Source: Halobacteriovoraceae bacterium
Lineage (GTDB): Bacteria > Bdellovibrionota > Bacteriovoracia > Bacteriovoracales > Bacteriovoracaceae
Length of the DNA stretch: 64,000 nt
Assembly: GCA_963719505.1 (NCBI GenBank)
Contig: CAVRCF010000001.1
Location: 1-64,000, forward strand
Direction: 5' to 3'
Position numbers and translations under genes: made by a program. Positions 50,488 through 57,515 of the stretch are shown here, in pieces. Position 1 is the first letter of the stretch. Each line of letters starts with the position of its first letter. Under the pieces are notes generated by a model that saw only the letters and a list, made by a program, of their open reading frames with translations, was not told the origin of the DNA and made no database searches.

Positions 50488-51393
50488 ATGAACCTCACAG
50501 CTATATTAAGCACTAAACTCACGTCAAAGAATATACAGCACTCTAATTATTCTGGCTTTATAGATAAGCTTGAATTGAATGCAAAAAGCTTAGAACTAAG
50601 TAAGAGTGACTTAATTTTGCATCTTAGATCTCAAAGTATTCTTTTTCAAGAAGCTTCATTTAGAAAGGGTGGCTTATGCTTAGAAATAACAACACCAATG
50701 AAAGTAAAGGTATACGCGAAGATAAACTATGTCTCTCAGTACATTTCTAAACTAATATTAAATCCAAGTTATTACGAAAACTACAAACAATTCTCTTCAG
50801 ATGCTTTATCTCTGTTCGGAAAGATTTCAACTATTGAATTACTTCCAGTGACTAGGCTTGATAAGTCATTAGATATTGCTTGTTCCTATGAACTAGTATC
50901 AAGAGGATTTGATATCAAAAATAAGAGGTCAGCTAATGCTTATCAATACAGCTCTGGCATAAATACTGGGATTGATATAGGTAAAACTCCAGAAGTAATG
51001 AAACTTTATGATACTTCCCTTAAAGCAAAACTCTCCTTTCCTTGTACTAGGCTAGAGGCATGCCTTACTCGCAATAAAATAAACATAGATAATATCTTTG
51101 AACTTCGACAGCTTTATAACAAAAACTCTAATTATGTTGACCATACATTTTCTAAAACTTCTTTTAACGACATTGAGTTTAGTAATACTAAATCTGAATC
51201 AACCACTAAACTCAGTATTCTATGTGATCACCTCCCCTACCTCTATGTTAGATGCAGGCTTAATCATCACGGTAACTTCCGTAGGGACTATGCAAAACTT
51301 CACATTTTAGTACCTTGGAGAGCGCAACCATCAATCATATTCAACACAGCAATGAGAAAATTTTTCAATGATAGTGCTTCGGGGAGGCAATAG
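50488..51393 (+). CDS. Rep_trans-like rolling-circle initiator/relaxase
   Basis: VTRLDKSLD, TGIDIG, KLYD, TRLE follow the Rep_trans order RxDxAxD, TxYxG, xYDK, RxE; AAGGAG RBS. Confidence 0.6.
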   Translation: MNLTAILSTKLTSKNIQHSNYSGFIDKLELNAKSLELSKSDLILHLRSQSILFQEASFRKGGLCLEITTPMKVKVYAKINYVSQYISKLILNPSYYENYKQFSSDALSLFGKISTIELLPVTRLDKSLDIACSYELVSRGFDIKNKRSANAYQYSSGINTGIDIGKTPEVMKLYDTSLKAKLSFPCTRLEACLTRNKINIDNIFELRQLYNKNSNYVDHTFSKTSFNDIEFSNTKSESTTKLSILCDHLPYLYVRCRLNHHGNFRRDYAKLHILVPWRAQPSIIFNTAMRKFFNDSASGRQ

Positions 51394-51599
51394 TGGCTAA
51401 TATGAAGAAGATCTTTGAAATTCAAAAATGGATGACTACAAAGGAAGCTGCTAATTATCTAAGAATGACTGAGAATGCATTTAGAATCTATGCTTCACGA
51501 TACAAGCTTGATGCTTACACATTGGGTGAAAAATCAGTTAGATATAAGACTTCCGACCTAGATAGACTCATGACCCTAAAAACTAGGAGTCACAAATGA
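51393..51599 (+). CDS. Excisionase-like HTH_17 protein
   Basis: WMTTKEAANYL...VRYKTSDLD; translationally coupled between rep and int. Confidence 0.8.
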   Translation: MANMKKIFEIQKWMTTKEAANYLRMTENAFRIYASRYKLDAYTLGEKSVRYKTSDLDRLMTLKTRSHK

Positions 51600-52738
51600 C
51601 TATCATTAAAAAGAAAAACACGATTGGAGAAACTTACTTTCTCATTCGAGTTCAGTTGCGTTCAAAGATTCAACCTCATATTAGAATACAAAAACAAACT
51701 ACTCTTAAGGGCAAATTAGTTAATGCTAAAAAGGCTAAGCGTAGAGAACAAGAGCTGACTTATACCTGTATGGAGGAACTTAAGAAGCGAGAAGGAAGTG
51801 ATCTCTCATTTCAAGAGTTAATTGACCTTTGGTATTCCTATAAAGTCAGTGAAGAATTTATTACTCTAGAGACTGTTGGTGATTACTATAGAGCTTTACA
51901 GAAGTGGTGTTTCTCAATTTTAACAAAGCCATGTAACGAGATTGCAACTTCTGATGTGAAAGTTATTTTAAAAATGCAAAAAGATGAAGGTATCTCTAGA
52001 AGCTTTCGAAGAAAGTTTAAATCTATGATCAATAACGTCTATAAGTGGGGATTTGAAGAGGGATATCTTCATTCAACTAAATTCTCACCCACTGTGGGAA
52101 TTCAACTTGAAAGACGTGAAGAGAAAAAGCCAGAAATTTTAACCTTACAGCAAACAAGAGAGTTCTTAAATGCTGCTCGGACACTTGAACACCCATGGTA
52201 TCCAGTTTGGGCCTTTGCAATTCTAACAGGTGCACGAAATGGTGAGTTATATGCTCTAAACAAAAATGATGTTGATCTTGAAAATAATAAAATTATAATT
52301 TCGAAATCATTCAACAATAGGCGAGGCGAAATCAAGTCTACAAAAGCCGGTTATTATAGGACGGTTCCTATCAACCCTGAGCTAAAAGAATTGATTCTAG
52401 AGCTTAATAGGGCCAATCTAGACAGTGATTTTTTATTACCTCGACTATCTGGATGGAACAAAGGCTGCCAAGCACAAGTTCTAAGAACATTTCTTACTGG
52501 AATTAATCTACCAAGCGTGAAGTTTCATACATTGAGAGCATGCTTTGCAACTTTGTTACTTCAACAAGGCAAAGCACCCGCAGTAATAATGAAGATTTGT
52601 GGCTGGAGAGATCTAAAGACAATGGAACGTTATATTAGACTTGCAGGTGTTGATGAAAAAGGTGCAACAGACTCACTGAAAGTTCTTCCTCTTAAATCTC
52701 TGGACGAAGAATATTGTTTAAACTTCCCACAAAGATAG
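51596..52738 (+). CDS. Tyrosine recombinase / integrase
   Basis: TGARNGE (R), STK (K), FHTLR (HxxR), CGW, MERY (Y); ends ~100 bp before an att core. Confidence 0.93.
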   Translation: MTIIKKKNTIGETYFLIRVQLRSKIQPHIRIQKQTTLKGKLVNAKKAKRREQELTYTCMEELKKREGSDLSFQELIDLWYSYKVSEEFITLETVGDYYRALQKWCFSILTKPCNEIATSDVKVILKMQKDEGISRSFRRKFKSMINNVYKWGFEEGYLHSTKFSPTVGIQLERREEKKPEILTLQQTREFLNAARTLEHPWYPVWAFAILTGARNGELYALNKNDVDLENNKIIISKSFNNRRGEIKSTKAGYYRTVPINPELKELILELNRANLDSDFLLPRLSGWNKGCQAQVLRTFLTGINLPSVKFHTLRACFATLLLQQGKAPAVIMKICGWRDLKTMERYIRLAGVDEKGATDSLKVLPLKSLDEEYCLNFPQR

Positions 52739-52835
52739 TAACCCACAGCAACAAAAGTCGGTAAAGGTGGGCTCTTTGGCTAACAACAGTCAATAGCTCG
52801 ACTTAAGACATTGTTTTTGATAAGGTTACGAAGAA

Positions 52836-52848
52836 CACCCCATTTTTT
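52836..52848 (+). repeat. att core copy 2 (tRNA-His 3' end)
   Basis: CACCCCATTTTT identical to 42568-42579. Confidence 0.8.
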
Positions 52849-52884
52849 AAAAGCCTTGCGTCTAACCGCCAAGGCTTTTTTTTT
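52849..52884. terminator. Terminator hairpin with GTCTAACC loop
   Basis: AAAAGCCTTG...CAAGGCTTTT followed by T-run. Confidence 0.75.
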
Positions 52885-53014
52885 GCCTACAATTTCGTTG
52901 GGTTAGACGGGCGGTTAAAAATCCTCGTAGGGAAACGAATGACGGGCCATGTGAATCAGGCGAACCGTTAACCACCACTTTGTTATTGACTAATATGGAG
53001 TGTATAAAGGAAAA

Positions 53015-53743
53015 ATGAAAACATTAATCTACACTTCAATGCTTCTATTGCTCATCAGCTGTAACAACTCAACAATGCTATCAGTAAGTAATTGGGCAAT
53101 TGCAATTGCTGCCCTAATTGGATCTTTAGGTGGAGTCGGAAAACTATATTATTCGAATGCTATAAGCAAAGAACAAGAAAAACCCAATCAAAGCAAAATT
53201 CACGAAATAAAATCTGAATATAAAGAATGGATGTTGAATAAAGATTCGCCCATTATCCTAGAGTTAGTTGATCTCCAGTTAAACTTTGGTTTCGAGGCCC
53301 AACTTAATAAAGGCGATCAAATAAACTTTAAAAAATATTTAGACTGGGATATTGATGGAAAGAAACCATTTTTACAATTCAAGGAAGACTGGGACTCAGG
53401 GAAAATTAATCTTGCAGATACTAGTGGAGCACTTCCTATAGTAGGAAAGAAATTTCTTGTAAAAGATATTCATAAGCAATGGGTTTATAGAGATGTCGAT
53501 GACATGGTTGTTACATATAATATTATAAAGCGATATATACTTACTAACACAAATGCACTTCCAAACTCAAAAACAATCAAAGACTTCCAAACGAAAAAAG
53601 TAAAAAGAGTTTTCAATGAAGAAGACTTAGCTCAATTTGATATTCAAGGTAAAAAAATATTTACCTCTAAAGATGAGATTCCAGAGCAGAGTGGAGAAAT
53701 TTTACACTTTAGACTTAAACCTACAATGAAACCAATTAACTAA
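53015..53743 (+). CDS. Hypothetical lipoprotein / membrane protein
   Basis: AAGGA RBS, lipobox-like LLISC followed by a second hydrophobic segment. Confidence 0.6.
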   Translation: MKTLIYTSMLLLLISCNNSTMLSVSNWAIAIAALIGSLGGVGKLYYSNAISKEQEKPNQSKIHEIKSEYKEWMLNKDSPIILELVDLQLNFGFEAQLNKGDQINFKKYLDWDIDGKKPFLQFKEDWDSGKINLADTSGALPIVGKKFLVKDIHKQWVYRDVDDMVVTYNIIKRYILTNTNALPNSKTIKDFQTKKVKRVFNEEDLAQFDIQGKKIFTSKDEIPEQSGEILHFRLKPTMKPIN

Positions 53744-53767
53744 TCTTCTCTTCTCTTCTCTTCTCTT
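53744..53767. repeat. (TCTTC)4-TCTT microsatellite between convergent stops
   Basis: Read directly. Confidence 0.8.
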
Positions 53768-53769
53768 AT

Positions 53770-54447
53770 CTAACCAAAAACAATTGATGGTTCAAATTTC
53801 TCTCCTAACCCCCCAAGGTTTGCAATACATTCTTCAATCTTACTCTTCAGCCTAGGATCATTTTTAAATACCCCCTTTAAAATATGTTCGGCCATATGAA
53901 CATGTTTTGACTTTACACTAAGGAAATGTTTTGCAATCTCTAGCAAAATCTCATCATTTGTTACTAAGTCAACGCTATTCTTAATGGCATCATACAGGAG
54001 CAAATAATCCTCAGGAGAAGGAGCGGAAGTTGATTTGTTTGATCCCTGGAAAATATTTTCTTCTCTCCATTCCTTTTGTAATTGCTTCCTATAATCATCA
54101 AAAACAATTCTCTTCGCTTTAAAGCCATCGTCTCTTAGATTTGCTAAACTTAAAGAGGTCAAATTATCTTTGATAAAACGTTCTATTTTAGGAAAAGTCA
54201 CTTCACCAACATCATCAAAAAAAGAAGGATATCCTCTTTTTTTAGGTCTAGGAGTAAGATTTTTTTCTAGATGGAAAGTTGCAACATCTGACTCAAACTC
54301 TTCCAATACAATTGGATGAAATTCAAGTAACCCCATACCTGGAATGATGATATTGTCTGCAGGTATAATTTCTTTTGATATAAAAAAATAAAGTTTATAT
54401 ACAGAACATGTGTCAGTTAAAAGTATTTCTATTTTTTCAGAGCCCAC
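53770..54447 (-). CDS. PIN-domain nuclease-like protein (putative toxin)
   Basis: LLTDTCSV, PIVLEE, SPEDYLLL, LVTND give the PIN acidic tetrad layout; overlaps the upstream gene. Confidence 0.7.
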   Translation of the reverse strand: MGSEKIEILLTDTCSVYKLYFFISKEIIPADNIIIPGMGLLEFHPIVLEEFESDVATFHLEKNLTPRPKKRGYPSFFDDVGEVTFPKIERFIKDNLTSLSLANLRDDGFKAKRIVFDDYRKQLQKEWREENIFQGSNKSTSAPSPEDYLLLYDAIKNSVDLVTNDEILLEIAKHFLSVKSKHVHMAEHILKGVFKNDPRLKSKIEECIANLGGLGEKFEPSIVFG

Positions 54448-55676
54448 GATGCAAGCTCCTTACTATTAAACTCTTCACTTGACCAAATAGCCTTCAGAAC
54501 ATTTACTTCATGTCTTTTCAAAGAAAATAAATTTGCATAATCAATAGGACTGATTCCACCATTCACAAGTTTATTTCTCAAAGATGTATAGACAGGATAA
54601 TCTCTTGGCTCTTCCCTAATGATAGTATCAAATAATTTTTTGTGTTCTTCAAAAGATGAGTGATCAATATTTATTCTTCCAATTTCTGAAAGTGATTCTG
54701 TATTATCGTTAAAGTAATCATCATACTTTGATGTAAGATCTTGATAAAGATTACTACCTTCAGTTAGTAATTTATTATCAACTAGAGCATTGGCCAATCC
54801 TGATGGAGCCCAAGTTCCATCATCATTGTATTTTTTAATTACAAAATTAACTACATCTTCAGAAGACTTACCAATTTTTCTCAATCTCCCTCCATCGAGA
54901 AAAATATCCTTTAAATATTCTTCAGGGTAAACTAAATCTCCAACAGTTCTGTCGATGAACTTTTCAAGGTCAATTCCTCTTTCAAATAATCCATCTAAAA
55001 TTATATGAATAATCTCATGAAGCAAATCAAAGAAGACAGATGATCGTCTCCTGTCCGCATCAATAAGTATTGCGAACTCACCATCCCTGCTAAATAAAAC
55101 TGCTGACTTTCTATCACCTTCATCGACTTCAAAATCTAAACCAATGCTTTTAAATGACATATAATAGCAATGAACACTTAATAGGTCTAAAATATAGTCA
55201 TGAACAAAGTTTCTCTTAATTGGAAGACTAGGAGGAATAAAAAAGAAACCTCTTATTATCTTTGCAGCCAATTTAAAAGATTCATCACTCTTAATGTTTA
55301 TACTAGATAACTGCTCTCTAATACCATTAAAATCAAAATTGGATTTCTTCATATAGTCGCTGGCAAGCGTCTCGAAAACAAACTCAGTTCTCTCTCTTAC
55401 CTCAGGTGCAACCTCGCACTTATCCATTTCTCTATGATTTCTAGTTCTATAGTGAAATGCCAATGGCGCCCTTCCCATTAAACAATCAATATCATCCCGG
55501 CTCATCTCAAAAATATCTAGCATTTGAGCGACTCTTGAGTGTGGTATTTTTTCAACACCCCTAGTCCATTTTGAAATAGCTGAAGGGTCAACGCCAAGCT
55601 GGCGAGCCAACTCTCTTCCTGCAATTCCTTTAGAATCAATTAACTGGCTTAAAAACTTTCCTGACCTATAAATCAC
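54429..55676 (-). CDS. XRE-HTH + ImmA/IrrE Zn-metallopeptidase fusion (putative antitoxin/sensor)
   Basis: RELARQLGVDPSAISKW HTH, FHYR linker, FDLLHEIIH (HExxH), downstream E in LEKFID. Confidence 0.8.
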   Translation of the reverse strand: MIYRSGKFLSQLIDSKGIAGRELARQLGVDPSAISKWTRGVEKIPHSRVAQMLDIFEMSRDDIDCLMGRAPLAFHYRTRNHREMDKCEVAPEVRERTEFVFETLASDYMKKSNFDFNGIREQLSSINIKSDESFKLAAKIIRGFFFIPPSLPIKRNFVHDYILDLLSVHCYYMSFKSIGLDFEVDEGDRKSAVLFSRDGEFAILIDADRRRSSVFFDLLHEIIHIILDGLFERGIDLEKFIDRTVGDLVYPEEYLKDIFLDGGRLRKIGKSSEDVVNFVIKKYNDDGTWAPSGLANALVDNKLLTEGSNLYQDLTSKYDDYFNDNTESLSEIGRINIDHSSFEEHKKLFDTIIREEPRDYPVYTSLRNKLVNGGISPIDYANLFSLKRHEVNVLKAIWSSEEFNSKELASWALKK

Positions 55677-55865
55677 TAAACAGTATCCTTTACTTTAAAC
55701 TCGTATTCACACACCTCTTCGGTTGATCATACCATTTACTCAATTTTTTATATAATTTCAATATTATATGGCATTTTATTTATCCTTGACACTAAATTTT
55801 ACTCAATTTTTAGTAATATCAACGTACTAGAGATAACTGCTCAACTTAAAGACACTACTTCTTAT

Positions 55866-56273
55866 TTAATTATTAGCTAATATCTGTTGAACCGACTTTG
55901 GTGACCATTTCGCTCTCTTCGTCTTAGTAGTCACCCCCATCACGTTTAAAACATCTGCGATTTTATGATAAGAAAACCCCTGTTCTCTCAACTCCTTGAT
56001 CTTCTCAATCACCTCTTGCTCTTTCTTGTGAACGATAATTTCTCGATCCTTAAACTTCTTCCCATAAGCAAGACCACGCTTTCTATTTTGAACTGTTCCT
56101 GGAACTCGAGTTTCAATTCCAAACTTCTTCATCTGTTTAGAAATAGTTTGACGGGCCACTCCAAACTCTACCGCCAGCTCATTTAGACTTCGCCTTTCTA
56201 CGACGTATTTTTGATATAAAGTCTCTTTATTTCGCCACTCATTTTTGACTGGTAATTGAAAGATATTAGACAT
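55866..56273 (-). CDS. HTH + serine-recombinase DNA-binding (Recombinase) domain protein, no catalytic domain
   Basis: SLNELAVEFGVARQTI HTH; AYGK...EQEVIEKIKELREQGFSYHKIADVLN..G...W.PKSVQQIL. Frame is open upstream to 56336 across the att core. Confidence 0.75.
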   Translation of the reverse strand: MSNIFQLPVKNEWRNKETLYQKYVVERRSLNELAVEFGVARQTISKQMKKFGIETRVPGTVQNRKRGLAYGKKFKDREIIVHKKEQEVIEKIKELREQGFSYHKIADVLNVMGVTTKTKRAKWSPKSVQQILANN

Positions 56274-56313
56274 TTGGACTTGGCGGTTGGACGGACTCCA
56301 ATAAGAAGGTCCA

Positions 56314-56324
56314 CCACCCCATTT
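56314..56324 (+). repeat. att core copy 3
   Basis: CCACCCCATTT identical to 42567-42577. Confidence 0.7.
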
Positions 56325-56349
56325 AAAACTTAACATCCTTCGGGATTTT

Positions 56350-56394
56350 AAATAGAAAGAGCCTAGGTCTAACCCACTTAGGCCTTTTTGTTTC
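56350..56394. terminator. Terminator repeat, copy A
   Basis: GCCTAGGTCTAACCCACTTAGGC + T-run; 43/45 identical to 57457-57501. Confidence 0.75.
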
Positions 56395-56443
56395 TGACAT
56401 TATAAAGTGTTTCAAATATTTCTCTTCATGTTAAACTTAGGGC

Positions 56444-56824
56444 ATGCAAGCAACATTCAATCAAAAAATTCTATTTTTGAAACTATTCACAATATCATTA
56501 ATAACATTCCTACTTTATGACACTGGAGAAAGAATATATTTAGGTATAACTGACGATAAGAAATCTGACATACTACTCTTTGTTACCTCAACCTGGAACT
56601 TAGTAGAGATTTTTGTTTTGATAAAGTTTGTTCTTTGTAGAATCTTTGCCCCTTCAAGAAAGGCTCTCCTCATCATTGGGGCCTTAAAACTTGCACTTTT
56701 TCTATTCGTGATAGATCTACTTATCAAAACTCCACTCATTACTCTTAGGGAGTTATTAATAATTACTGGTTTGCTTGTGTTTGGAAATTTAAACTACAGA
56801 AAATATTCTGATACCACAGAATAA
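56444..56824 (+). CDS. 4-TM membrane hypothetical protein (sole gene of module 3)
   Basis: 126 aa, four hydrophobic segments, between att copies 3 and 4. Confidence 0.55.
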   Translation: MQATFNQKILFLKLFTISLITFLLYDTGERIYLGITDDKKSDILLFVTSTWNLVEIFVLIKFVLCRIFAPSRKALLIIGALKLALFLFVIDLLIKTPLITLRELLIITGLLVFGNLNYRKYSDTTE

Positions 56825-56917
56825 TTATTATTTATTTCGATAGTTTAGCACTCAGTTAGGCTGCTTTTATCTAATTATCAACCAGTGGCAACAGATCTAA
56901 ATGTTAATGTCTGTCTT

Positions 56918-56947
56918 GGGTGGCATTTGCCACCCCATTTTTTTCAG
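56918..56947 (+). repeat. att core copy 4 with palindromic core (attP-like junction)
   Basis: GGGTGGCA-TT-TGCCACCC dyad then CATTTTTTTCAG, matching tRNA end CCACCCCATTTTTCAG. Confidence 0.75.
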
Positions 56948-57069
56948 TAATATTTTAGAATTCAAATTTCAAAGACTCAACTAATTTAAATCACTTACAT
57001 CACTCTTTAAATCTATTCGCCACTCAAAATCTTGTATCTTTCACACCATTTCACATCACGACTTCATCA

Positions 57070-57100
57070 GTACTGATTTTTGACTAACTACTGACTGACA
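57070..57100 (+). repeat. Second set of 11-bp-period arm-type repeats
   Basis: GTACTGATT (57070), TGACTAACT (57081), TGACTGACA (57092). Confidence 0.55.
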
Positions 57101-57218
57101 ATAAAAAAAGACATGTGTATATGAAGCATTCTAAATATGATAGACTAAATGAGAAATTCATATTAGTTTGCCTAGTGTGAATCGAATACTTGCATTGACA
57201 GGTATAATTGAGGAATCT

Positions 57219-57347
57219 ATGAAAAAAATATTAAATGCAATTCTTAAAACTATTGCTGACGGGACAACCATTCTATACGCTGGTTTTTCAATTAAAAACA
57301 TCAGAAAAGTGATCAAAGGTGAAAAAGAACCAATCGATAGTCTTTAA
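57219..57347 (+). CDS. 42-aa small protein (sole gene of module 4)
   Basis: GAGGA RBS, TATAAT upstream; MKKILNAILKTIADGTTILYAGFSIKNIRKVIKGEKEPIDSL; below the ORF-track cutoff. Confidence 0.5.
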   Translation: MKKILNAILKTIADGTTILYAGFSIKNIRKVIKGEKEPIDSL

Positions 57348-57407
57348 ATCAGATAGATTTAACTTAAAAGAATGTGGCAGGCTCGTCAAATGTATACCGC
57401 CTGCTTT

Positions 57408-57428
57408 GGGTGCCATATGCCACCCCAT
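57408..57428 (+). repeat. att core copy 5 with near-palindromic core
   Basis: GGGTGCCATATGCCACCCCAT, two mismatches to copy 4. Confidence 0.7.
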
Positions 57429-57456
57429 CAAAACATTAAGCATCTTAGGGTGAGTA

Positions 57457-57501
57457 AAATAGAAAAAGCCTAGGTCTAACCCACTTAGGCTTTTTTGTTT
57501 C
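57457..57501. terminator. Terminator repeat, copy B
   Basis: 43/45 identical to 56350-56394; also lies just beyond the stop of the convergent kinase gene. Confidence 0.75.
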
Positions 57502-57515
57502 AAATTATTGATATT

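Larger units (their letters stand above)
42567..52848. mobile_element. Integrative element (module 1) at the tRNA-His 3' end, Rep-xis-int type
   Basis: Bounded by CACCCCATTTTT at 42568-42579 and 52836-52847; tyrosine integrase, excisionase-like HTH and Rep_trans-like gene at the right end. Confidence 0.8.

Noticed and set aside
52860-52908. GTCTAAC...GTTAGAC as an integron attC site
   Set aside because: Outer boxes fit RYYYAAC/GTTRRRY, but it is only 49 bp, the inner L boxes do not pair, and I see no IntI-specific insertion in the integrase.
53744-53767. (TCTTC)n as a phase-variation switch
   Set aside because: It lies between two stop codons, so length change would alter neither a frame nor an obvious promoter.
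52848-56336. Recombinase gene split by integration (SSV1-like), with its N-terminus at the other end of module 2
   Set aside because: In the reconstructed circle the upstream frame hits TAA after about 20 codons, so no catalytic domain is restored.
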